A DNA stretch of 64,000 nucleotides. It comes from Eledone cirrhosa (Eukaryota). The stretch lies in assembly GCA_964016885.1 (NCBI GenBank), contig OZ024749.1, positions 9,858,001 through 9,922,000 on the forward strand, in the 5' to 3' direction. A program made the translations under genes and the position numbers. Under the pieces are notes generated by a model. It was not told the origin of the DNA. It worked only from the letters and a program-made list of their open reading frames with translations, and did not search any database. This document shows, one piece after another, positions 49,487 to 61,400 of the stretch (position 1 is its first letter; every line of letters starts with the position of its first letter).

Positions 49487-49747
49487 TTAAACTCGTGAAG
49501 ATGAGGCAACAAAGAACTCTCATAAAAATAATTCAGCACTGCAGACCTTTTAATTTTCATGCCATGTGGATTTTTTCCCCCTATTTATTTATAAATTAAT
49601 CTGAATCCAAATTGGGTCTAGTTATATTAAAACAAATCAATATCATTGTTGTTGTATGAACATGGTGATTAAGTTGCCTGGAAAATAATAATAAGCAGGA
49701 AATTCTACAATTTCAGACAGTTGGGGAGGCTATATGATGGAGGAGAT

Positions 49748-50325
49748 TGTGTTGTAGATATTGGATGGTATTGATCTTTACCTGTGTTGTAGATATTGGA
49801 TGGTAGTTAACTGTTTTAGTTGGATGGTATTGATACTTTACCTGTGTTGTAGATATTGGATGGTATTGATACTTTACCTGTGTTGTAGATATGGATGGTA
49901 TTGATACTTTACCTGTGTTATAGATATTGGATGGTATTGATCTTTACCTGTGTTGTAGATATTGGATGGTAGTTAACTGTTTTAGTTGGATGGTATTGAT
50001 ACTTTACCTGTGTTGTAGATATTGGATGGTATTGATATTTTACCTGTGTTGTAGATATTGGATGGTATTGATACTTTACCTGTGTTGTAGATATTGGATG
50101 GTATTGATACTTTACCTGTGTTTTAGATATTGGATGGTATTGATACTTTACCTGTGTTGTAGATATTGGATGGTAGTTAACTGTTTTAGTTGGATGGTAT
50201 TGATACTTTACCTGTGTTGTAGATATTGGATGGTATTGATACTTTACCTGTGTTGTAGATATTGGATGGTATTGATACTTTACCTGTGTTGTAGATATTG
50301 GATGGTATTGATACCTTACCTGTGT
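49748..50325. repeat. 36-bp minisatellite (tttacctgtgttgtagatattggatggtattgatac)
   Basis: Tandem units with a recurring insertion variant (agttaactgttttagttggatggt). Confidence 0.95.
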
Positions 50326-51194
50326 TTTAAATGTTTACTGTAGAATTGGAGAATCTCCACATACATACAAATACACATCATCATCGTTTAACGTCTATCT
50401 TCCACGCTAGAATGGGTTTAGATAGGAATTGTCCTACTTGAGGCAAGATTGATCGGGTGACCATGTGTCGCTCTTATAGGACTGTCTGGCAGTTTTCTAC
50501 GGCTGGATGCCCTTCCTAACACCAACCACGTTTACAGTGTGGACTGGGAGGTTTTTTACCATGTTACCTACACAGCCACATTATAGCGTGGACTGTGTGT
50601 GTTTTTTTTTTGTCGTGACACACGACCTCATATACACGTACACACAAACATACAAGTACACATTTACAGACAAGTACACATACACACCCCAGTATGCATA
50701 CACACAAACACTCAAGTACACATACACACAAACACTCAAGTACACATACACACAGACACCCAAGTACACACATACGCAGACATACACAAACATATATACC
50801 AACAACATACAGGGATGTTCACGCATACATATAGGCCCAAACTTAGACATACACATCACACACCAACCACACATATATCTCACACGCACACACACTAACT
50901 GTACAGGAAATTGTTTAAGTCTGTTGCTCCAGCAGCTGAGTTCTTGGGAGTTTTTATGTGGTCGCTCAACCTTCTAGAAATAACAGCCAAATCTCCCTCA
51001 AACCACATCCTTTTGTCTTTAAAAATAGGACACATTGGATAATGTAGACTAGTGTATTCTATTTTTTGCTGAAAAAAGACAGGATGGTCACAGTTGGAAA
51101 CCTCTTGATGTGGTTGGTAGATAATATCAGCAATGGAAACATAGTTACCTTGGTTCAATCTGATGATCAACTTCTTTGTATAATCTTTATTTAA

Positions 51195-51387
51195 CCCTGT
51201 AGCAGTTAAACCGGCTCTATCCAGCCAGAATTCTCTCATTCTTTCTGTTCAAACCGGCTGTTCATACTTATTTTAAGATATTGTTCTCAAAATAAATATT
51301 ATCAAAATCTCATAGATTCGATATTATGTGAGATAATTATATGACCTAAAGCCTTTACCATGAAAATATAATGTAAATGCTAAAGGG
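51195..51387. mobile_element. piggyBac-type MITE (family 1)
   Basis: TTAA|CCCTGTAGCAGTTA...TAAATGCTAAAGGG|TTAA. Confidence 0.82.
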
Positions 51388-52020
51388 TTAATGTCTACTT
51401 TGCCTGCTAGCATGGGTTGGATGGGTCTTGACAGACTGGGTCAATACTGAAGCAGGACTACTGACCTCACACACAGGCTGGAGTTTACATCTCACATACA
51501 GTTCCACATTCTACCAATTACATTTTATTGTGGCACCAGTACTAGAGAGGTCTTTGACACAACTAGAGGGTCCTCCCAACCGTTTGTATGGCAAGCTTTC
51601 TATTGCTAGATGCCCTTCCTATCACCAACACTAGGGAGGTTGTCGTTGATACAACTGGTGGGTCCTCTTAACACTTTGTTGGGCTTTTTACAGCAGAATG
51701 CCTTTCATATAACCAACCACTTTACAGCATGTACTGGGTGTTTTTGTGTACATTACCAAAACCAGACGGCTTGTTATGTCCTTGACACAACTGAAGGGTC
51801 CTTCCAACCCTTTATATGTATATATAAACTGTGTACAGCTGCTTGACATACTAGAAATAGTAAAATCATCCTTAAATTACATCCCACCATCTAAAAGTGG
51901 AGCAAAGAATGTAGTCACTAGTGTACTAAAAAAAACAAAAAAACAGGCTCATTGTGGCTGGAATACCATTTTTCAAAGGTCTGCTTGATCTTGGTTGGCT
52001 CGGGGCTAAATAACAACTTT

Positions 52021-52053
<33 letters not shown>

Positions 52054-52054
52054 G

Positions 52055-54850
52055 AGAGATGGATCAATAAGACAATAGAGGTAGTTCGAGTTAGTGATCG
52101 AATAATTAAGCTTAGATTAGTTGTAGGCAGGCGACTACTGACAATCATCTCTGCCTATGCTCCACAAGCAGGCCTAGGCAAAGAAGAGAAAAACTACTTT
52201 TACGAGCAACTTTTACAAACAACCGCAATGACAGAGGATGGAGACATCGTTATGCTAGCAGGGGACTTCAATGGTCATGTTGGACAGCTCCAGGATGGTT
52301 ACACTGGGGTACATGGTGGGCACGGTTACGGCTCAAGAAATGAAGAAGTGAGACTTCTTGAATTTTGTGATGCAAGTACACTGACTATTTGCAACACTAC
52401 CTTCCAGAAACCTGCCAACCACCTAATAACCTACAAATCTGGCGGGCACATAAGCCAGATTGACTTCTTACTAGTTAGGTAGAGGGACAAGCAGATAGTG
52501 TCTAATACCAAGGCATACCCTGGGGAAGAATGTACCCCACAGCATAGGTTAGTCGTTAGTGATATCTCAGTAAGCAAGAGATGGAATGAGACATACAGGA
52601 AGGTGTGGAGAAGAAAGGTCTGGAAGCTAAAAGACCTTTCACTAAAATACAAATTTAGGAAAGCCCTTCAAGATGTGTATGACGAAAAAGAAGACGATTT
52701 AGAGACGTATGACAGATAATAACTGGAATTTCTTATGTGACAACTTACTGCAGACTACTGATGAAACTTGTGGCTGGAGCAGAGCTCCAACCAGACAGAA
52801 AGTGACCAGGTGGTGGAACAGCACAGTAGATAAGGCCATTAGAGACAAAAGACTAGCATGGAAGGCTTGGAAAAAGGGTGGGAGTAGGGAAGGATATACA
52901 GCCGCTAAGAGAGGAGCTAGATGTCAGGTGTACTTAGCACGCAGTGAGGCTGAGAGTAGGAGGTTTGCCAATGTTCTGCGACGGGAAGATCAGAGGTGTG
53001 CGGTGTTCCACATTGCAAGGCAGTGTGTCAATGCAAATCAGGATGTTGTTGGAGATAAATGTGCCCGGAATGATACCGGTGTACTTAGTGTCACGAATGA
53101 TCAGAAAAAGGAGGCCTGGAAATGTCATTATGAGAGACTGATGAATGTGGAGAACGAATGGGAGAGAGAGAAATTACCCTTTGAGATTGACGAATATAGG
53201 GTCCAAGAGGCGATTAAGGAAATGAAAAATAAGGCTGCTGGACCATCGGGGATAGTTGCTGAGATGCTGAAGGCATCAGGGGACGTAGGCACTAAACTGG
53301 TTGCACGCATTATCAATCAGGCTATATAGGGTGGTGTTATACCCAAAGACTGGTGCAGCAGTATTCTCATAAATTGCTACAAAGGTAAAGGGGATGCTCT
53401 GGAGAGGAGCAATTATAGGGGTATAAAACTGATGGATCAGGTTATGAAAGTGGCAGAAAGGATTTTAGCACAACTAATTAGAGAAAGGGTCAAACTAGAT
53501 GAGATGCAGTTTGATTTTGTGCCTGGGAAGAGTACAACAGATGCCCTCTTCTTGGTGAGACAATTACAAGAGAGGTTCTTAGAGAAAAATAAGCCACTAT
53601 ACTTAGCCTTTGTTGACTTAGAGAAGGCCTTTCATAGGGTACCCCGATCTGTCATCTGGTGCTCCCTAAGGAAACTAGGTGTTGAGGAATGGCTTGTGAG
53701 GACAGTGCAAACTTTGTACAGAGGTGCTGTCAGTAAAGTCAGAGTAGGAATGGAGTTTAGTGAGGAATTCCAGGTACAAGTAGGAGTACATCAAGGTTCG
53801 GTCCTCAGCCCGCTCTTGTTCATTATAGACCTCCAAGCCATAACAGAGGAGTTTAAGACTGGCTGTCCATGGGAACTTCTCTATGCTGACGATCTGGTTC
53901 TTATAGCAGAATCAGTAGAGGAGCTAGAGAATAAATTCTGGCTATGGAAATAGCAGTTGGAAGCAAGAGGACTGAGAGTGAACCTAGCTAAGACAAAAGT
54001 GTTGATAAGTAGAAAAGAGGACAAAACTCTGATTCCGTCAGGGAAATGGCCATGTTCGATATGCAGAAAAGGAACTGGCATAAATTCTATAAAATGCACA
54101 CAATGCAGATCCTGGGTACACAAGAGATGTAGCGGGATAGCAGGCAAACTAACAGGTAGGGAGAAATACGTATACAGTAGATGTACAGGGAAATTAGACA
54201 GTAGAAGTCGCATTGATAGACACATTTTTCAAATGCAGGCGGGTGCTATAGAAGTGGTGGATAGCTTCCGGTACCTAGGAGATCAGATTAGCATGGGAGG
54301 GAGGTGTTCCGAGGCCATAGTATTTAGAATAAGGATGGGTTGGAAGAAGTTTAGGGAGCTACTTCCTCTGCTGACGAAGAACGGTTTCTCCCTGCGTACG
54401 AAAGGCCGGTTATATGATGCCTGTGTGAGGAGCGCGATGCTGCATGGTAGTGAGACATGGGCAGCAACTGCAGGGGATATGCGATGGCTGGAGAGAAATG
54501 AGGCAAGCATGCTCCGTTGGATGTGCGTGAACGACCCAACATGAATGTGTTGAGAGAGAAACTGTGTCTGAGAGGGATAGAATGTAGTGTGCAAGATAGG
54601 AGACTGAGGTGGTATGGACATGTGATGCGCATGGAGGATGACCGATGGGTGAAGAAGTGCCAGGAAATGCCTGTTGAAGGAAGACGTGGTAGAGGTAGAC
54701 CACGAAAAACATGGGCAGAGATGTTGAGAACAGACATCAGATTGCTGAAGCTCACGGAGATGATGAAGGACCGTGACAGCTGTGCTGAATAAGACCCGTC
54801 CCACCCTTGCAAGCAGGGAAAAGCGGACGTAAAATGATGATGATGATGAT
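52055..54850 (+). mobile_element. 5'-truncated, decayed RTE-clade LINE (APE endonuclease, RT, Cys/His finger, (GAT)n tail)
   Basis: Collinear ORF fragments: SAYAPQ, AGDFNGHVG, SQIDFLLV (APE); FVDLEKAF, VGVHQGSVLSPLLF, LLYADDLV (RT); CxxC...CxxC..WVHKRC; RLRWYGHVMR..GRGRPRKTW. Internal stops and frameshifts; ends ggacgtaaaat(gat)n. Confidence 0.93.
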
Positions 54851-55367
54851 ATATTTGTACTCTATTGTTCTCTTTGGTTGTTTTCTATTGTTAACTTTTC
54901 TCTTACATATACTGATGTAAAACAATGATTTGTGTGTGTATGTATATATTTACACGTGTGTATATGTATATATATTTACAGTTTTGTACGTCTGTATATA
55001 TATTTACATGTGTATGAGTGTGTGTGTGTGTATATATACACACCCGCATATACAGTGTTGTATGTTGTCTTTAATTTATAAAAATATGTTGTCTTCTCGT
55101 TCATCATCCTCCTTCCAGAATTCTTTAAGTAAGCTGATAAGTAACGATGTTGATTATATGGTAGACTAGCCAGTCTACAGGGCAGTCATCAAGACTTCTT
55201 TTCCCTCCTCTTCAAATTCTCAGAATTCTTCCTAAGTTGGCTAACAGTTTCATAATGACAAACAGCTAAATGTGATGTTGTGGTGTTAATGCCTCATCCC
55301 ACAAACTACTATATTTCTAGTGCGAAACACTGCTTATGATTTTCAAATCATTTTGAAAATAGAGAAG

Positions 55368-55590
55368 TTTAAAGGGTTCCTACTTAGATTAAAAGCTTAA
55401 TGGGTTCCTGTTTAGATTAAAAGCTTAAAGGGTTCCTGTTTAGATTAATAGTTTAAAGGGTTCCTGTTTAGATTAATAGTTTAAAGGGTTCCTACTTAGA
55501 TTAAAAGTGTATGGGGTTCCTGTTTAGATTAATAGTTTAAAGGGTTCCTGTTTAGATTAATAGTCTAAAGGGCTCATGTTTAGATTAAAA
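55368..55590. repeat. 28-bp minisatellite (aaagggttcctgtttagattaatagttt)
   Basis: About 8 tandem units. Confidence 0.92.
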
Positions 55591-57364
55591 TCTTCCAACA
55601 TTGATATAAAAAGCTTTTGTTATGACACCATCTTCATCATCATTGACTTTTCTATGCTGGCATGGGTTGGATGGGACTTTTTAGGGCAGTGTTTTACTGC
55701 TGGATGCCCTTCTGCCAAGCTAAGTAGTACCATGCTGTCCATAAATTCCAGCTAACTGTTCCTACACCAGCCAGTCTCAATATCACTTTTAGTCTGACTA
55801 TAACACATCAATCCAGTTCATGAAGATTATGAACAGGAGAGGTGACAGTATGCACTCCTGGTGGAATCTGATACCCTAATTGATTGGTTTCAACTTAGCA
55901 TCATTTATCCAAACAAATACTAGGACATTCATATACAGGCATCAGGGTAATAAGAAACTGTCCATCAATCCCATACTCCTGTAGAAGAATGCAGTCATAT
56001 GCCTTTTCGAGGTCTACAAAACAAGAGTACACCTCTTGGCAATACTCCCATGATTTTTCAAAGACCCCGCTGCAGTGTGAATATTTGGTCAGCTGTGCTG
56101 AAAATATTTTAGCATCTCATTTACGTAGAATTTGAAGTTGGTGAAAACTGGCAAAATATTTTCCTCAAATATAGACCAACCTCCATTTTATAATGTTTTT
56201 TTTTGTTGTTGTTTTTTTGTCACATATTTCTCAGCTTTTTTTTGTATCTTTGAAACATGTGGTTATATGACAGTTTCCCATTTCTTTACACAGTCCTAAA
56301 TTCTGTGAGATCTTTTAAGCTGCACTGGTTGGGTAGTACAGGGCAAACAAGGCAGTGTTGCATCGTATGGTCCTCTCCGCATTCACAGGTGGTTGGGCCC
56401 CGGTCTTGTAGCCCCATCTGGCCATAGCAGCTTTTGATCGCCCCATTGCTGTTCTCAGGCGGTTGAGTGTCTTCTCAGCTTATACAAGTATATAGAGTGA
56501 GTGAAATAACAGTGTATGTTATTAGAAATATGGTCACAAAAGGCTTAATTTAAGTACATTGGATGAAGGGGTTAGACATCTCATTACAGACTATGTCAAT
56601 ACTTAGTTGGAGCTAGTGTCCTCTTAGTAAAGTTAGGGGACAAAATCTTGCTCAAGAATTTCCATGGTTTCTATAATAGCTGGATTCCCTTCTTGGTGCC
56701 AACCATTTTATGTACTAGGATCTTTTTCTACGTGCTGTCGCGTGTGTGTATGTGCATACATTTATATGTATGAGTATATAAATATAAAGGTGCTAACAGA
56801 CACACTTACAAAAATACACACTCACAGTCATACATTCACACAAATACACATACATTCACATAAACACATACATTCTGTGACACGGACCAAAGTTGCTCGA
56901 ACTTATATATAAATGTGGGGTGGGGGGTAGATTATCTGTTTTGATGCCAAACTGTTTGAAGCTAAATCTGGTTGAATCCTTAACTGCTTATTTTAAAGTG
57001 TTTATATTTATCTAGAAACCTTCCATCATATTTTTAGGCAAGAACCCTTATGTTCCAAACATCATAATAATGGAGATAGTTGTATCACTAAATCCCTCCA
57101 AATTCTTGATTATTTTCAAAATTATTTGAAAATCATAGGCAGTGTCTTTCATTAGAAATACTGTAAATTTGTTGTTTATCTTTATATTTATCTAAAACCT
57201 GTTCATCATAATTTTATGAAAGAATCTTTATGTTCCAAACACCAGCTTCATAATGAGAAAATTAATTTACTAAATCCCACCAAATTCTTGATAATTTTTC
57301 AAAATTATTTGAGTGTCTTTCATTAGAAATAAGGTAGATGTGTTGCTTATTTTAAAGTGCTTAT

Positions 57365-57810
57365 GTAAACTCAGTACTTGTGCCAAGTTACTTATGGTTA
57401 TGAATCTCGGATAATGACTGAAAGAATACAATTGCAAATACAAGCAGCCGAAATGGGGTTCCTCTGAAGGGTCTTTAAAGTAACATTACTAGATAGAGTG
57501 CATAGCTTGGAAGGTCACTCCAGGTAGAGCTTCTACTTCTCCGAATTGAGAGATCATAGCTCCAATGCTATGGGCATGTAGCTAGAATGTCTGAGGAAAG
57601 AATCACTGGACAGGTTTTACTGGTAGGAGACCCAAGGGTAGATCCTGAGCAAGGTGGTTGGATAACATCCATGAGCTTGGCTGGTCTCGCTAGAGGAAGC
57701 AACCTCATCAGTTGGAGATAGTTGCTTCTGAAAGGACCCACTGGAAGGATTGTTTGAGGACTCTGCCCCCATGACCCTCTCAGGAATAAGTGGGCAAAGA
57801 AGAGAATAAA
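57365..57810 (+). mobile_element. 3' end of a second RTE-type LINE family; shorter copies at about 23650-23770(-), 25740-25790(-), 29805-30010(+), 37125-37372(-), 39290-39620(-), 48945-49200(+)
   Basis: Shared block gggtagaccctgagcaaggtggttggataacatccatgagcttggctggtc...cccactggaaggagtgtttgaggactctgcccc...ggaataagtggg; encodes IQAAEMGFL..V...PRGR remnants. Confidence 0.75.
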
Positions 57811-57990
57811 AAAAATTTGGAGTGATTTAGTAAAATGCCAAACTTTCTCTTGGTGTTTAGAACATAAAGAGAAACATTTTTCACAAGTTACATATGAAAA
57901 GTTTTTCATTTTGCTTTTCTGCATATAGTTTCGTCCCTTTACATTATGAGTTCAATTCCCGCCAAGACTATCTTTGCCTTTCATCCTTAA

Positions 57991-58211
57991 CCCTTTAGAA
58001 CTTACATTACTCTACATATCCTATTGTATTTTTGTGGTAGAGGTTTTATCTTAAATAATTATCTCACATAATATCGAATCTACAAGATTTTGATGTTAGT
58101 TATTTTGAGAACAATACCTTAACATAAGTATGAGCAGCTGGTTACAGCTGGTTTGAACAGAAAGAGGTGAGAGAATTATGACTCGATACGGCTGGTTTAA
58201 ATGCTAAAGGC
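57991..58211. mobile_element. piggyBac-type MITE (family 1, reverse orientation) inserted into a family B SINE
   Basis: The SINE centre tttcatcc-TTAA-[MITE]-TTAA-ggggtcgataaa is split exactly at a duplicated TTAA. Confidence 0.85.
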
Positions 58212-58454
58212 TTAAGGGGTCGATAAATACCAGTCACACACTGGGGTCTATTTAGTCAACATTCCCCTCTTGAAGGCAGTGTTTTTCATTAGAAATATGG
58301 TACCAAAAGGGCTAATGCTATCATTCCGATATCACTGGTATCACATGGTTCATTCTGTGTGTTGTTATGGTTGACTGTTTATCTGACTGGAGGAGTTAGC
58401 TACATAACAACAAACATACAATTTAGGATTCAACCAACAGCAATAAGATTCAGT

Positions 58455-61400
58455 TTACACACACTGTATGTGTCTGTAATCCTCTCTTTACACTGTCTGT
58501 AATCCCCACGTTACACTGTATGTGTCTGTAATCCCCACGTTACACTGTATATGTCTGTAATCCCCACGTTACACTGTATGTGTCTGTTAATCCTCACGTT
58601 ACACTGTATATGTCTGTAATCCTCACGTTACACTGTATATGTCTGTAATCCTCACGTTACACTGTATATGTCTGTAATCCTCACGTTACACTGTATATGT
58701 CTGTAATCATCATGTTACACTGTATATGTCTGTAATCATCACGTTACACTGTATATGTCTGTAATCCCCACGTTACACTGTATATGTCTGTTAATCCACA
58801 CGTTACACTGTATGTCTGTTAATCCTCATGTTACACTGTATATGTCTGTTAATCCTCACGTTACACTGTATATGTCTGTTAATCCTCACGTTACACTGTA
58901 TGTGTCTGTAATCCTCTCATTACACTGTATATGTCTTAATCCTCACGTTACACTGTATATGTCTTTAATCCTCACGTTACACTATATATGTCTGTTAATC
59001 CTCACGTTACACTGTATATGTCTGTAATCCTCACGTTACACTATATATGTCTGTTATTCCTCACGTTACACTGTGTGTCTGTAATCCTCACGTTACACTG
59101 TATATGTCTGTTATTCCTCACGTTACACTGTATATGTCTGTTAATCCTCACGTTACACTATATATGTCTGTTATTCCTCACGTTACACTGTATATGTCTG
59201 TTAATCCTCACGTTACACTGTATATGTCTGTTAATCCTCACGTTACACTGTATATGTCTGTTAATCCTCACGTTACACTGCATATATCTGTTAATCCTCA
59301 CGTTACACTGTATGTCTGTTAATCCTCATGTTACACTGTATATGTCTGTTAATCCTCACGTTACACTGTATATGTCTTTAATCCTCACGTTACACTGTAT
59401 ATGTCTAATGCTCACGTTACACTGTATATGTCTTTAATCCTCACGTTACACTGTATATGTCTTTAATCCCCACGTTACACTGTATATGTCTTTAATCCTC
59501 ACATTACACTGTATATGTCTTTAATCCCCACGTTACACTGTATGTCTTTAATCCTCTCGTTACACTGTATATGTCTGTAATCCCCACGTTACACTGTATA
59601 TGTCTGTAATCCCCACGTTACACTGTATATGTCTTTAATCCCCACGTTACACTGTATATGTCTTTAATCCTCACGTTACACTGTATATGTCTTTAATCCC
59701 CACGTTACACTGTATGTCTTTAATCCTCTCGTTACACTGTATATGTCTTTAATCCTCACGTTACACTGTATATGTCTTTAATCCTCACGTTACACTGTAT
59801 ATGTCTAATGCTCACGTTACACTGTATATGTCTTTAATCCTCACGTTACACTGTATATGTCTTTAATCCCCACGTTACACTGTATATGTCTTTAATCCTC
59901 ACATTACACTGTATATGTCTTTAATCCCCACGTTACACTGTATGTCTTTAATCCTCTCGTTACACTGTATATGTCTGTAATCCCCACGTTACACTGTATA
60001 TGTCTGTAATCCCCACGTTACACTGTATATGTCTTTAATCCCCACGTTACACTGTATATGTCTTTAATCCTCACGTTACACTGTATATGTCTTTAATCCC
60101 CACGTTACACTGTATGTCTTTAATCCTCTCGTTACACTGTATATGTCTTTAATCCCCACGTTACACTGTATATGTCTTTAATCCTCACGTTACACTGTAT
60201 ATGTCTTTAATCCCCACGTTACACTGTATATGTCTTTAATCCTCACGTTACACTGTATATGTCTTTAATCCCCACGTTACACTGTATGTCTTTAATCCTC
60301 TCGTTACACTGTATATGTCTTTAATCCTCACGTTACACTGTATATGTCTTTAATCCTCACGTTACACTGTATATGTCTTTAATCCTCACGTTACACTGTA
60401 TATGTCTTTAATCCTCACGTTACACTGTATATGTCTAATGCTCACGTTACACTGTATATGTCTTTAATCCTCACGTTACACTGTATATGTCTTTAATCCC
60501 CACGTTACACTGTATATGTCTTTAATCCTCACGTTACACTGTATATGTCTTTAATCCTCACGTTACACTGTATATGTCTTTAATCCTCACGTTACACTGT
60601 ATATGTCTAATGCTCACGTTACACTGTATATGTCTTTAATCCCCACGTTACACTGTATATGTCTTTAATCCCCACGTTACACTGTATATGTCTTTAATCC
60701 TCACGTTACACTGTATATGTCTTTAATCCCCACGTTACACTGTATGTCTTTAATCCTCTCGTTACACTGTATATGTCTGTAATCCCCACGTTACACTGTA
60801 TATGTCTTTAATCCCCACGTTACACTGTATATGTCTTTAATCCCCACGTTACACTGTATATGTCTTTAATCCTCACATTACACTGTATATGTCTTTAATC
60901 CCCACGTTACACTGTATATGTCTTTAATCCTCACGTTACACTGTATATGTCTTTAATCCCCACGTTACACTGTATATGTCTTTAATCCTCACGTTACACT
61001 GTATATGTCTTTAATCCCCACGTTACACTGTATATGTCTTTAATCCTCACGTTACACTGTATATGTCTTTAATCCTCACGTTACACTGTATATGTCTTTA
61101 ATCCTCACGTTACACTGTATATGTCTTTAATCCCCACGTTACACTGTATGTCTTTAATCCTCTCGTTACACTGTATATGTCTGTAATCCCCACGTTACAC
61201 TGTATATGTCTTTAATCCCCACGTTACACTGTATATGTCTTTAATCCCCACGTTACACTGTATATGTCTTTAATCCTCACATTACACTGTATATGTCTTT
61301 AATCCTCACGTTACACTGTATATGTCTTTAATCCTCACGTTACACTGTATATGTCTTTAATCCTCACGTTACACTGTATATGTCTTTAATCCTCACGTTA

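Noticed and set aside
52055-54850. Active, autonomous LINE or domesticated gene
   Set aside because: 5'-truncated, with several stops and frameshifts breaking the ORF.
55119-55169. Second exon of the plus-strand gene (acceptor ccttccag|AATTCTTTAAGTAAG...)
   Set aside because: The acceptor is good, but there is an in-frame stop after 16 codons and only a weak or micro-exon donor. It cannot be supported without transcripts.
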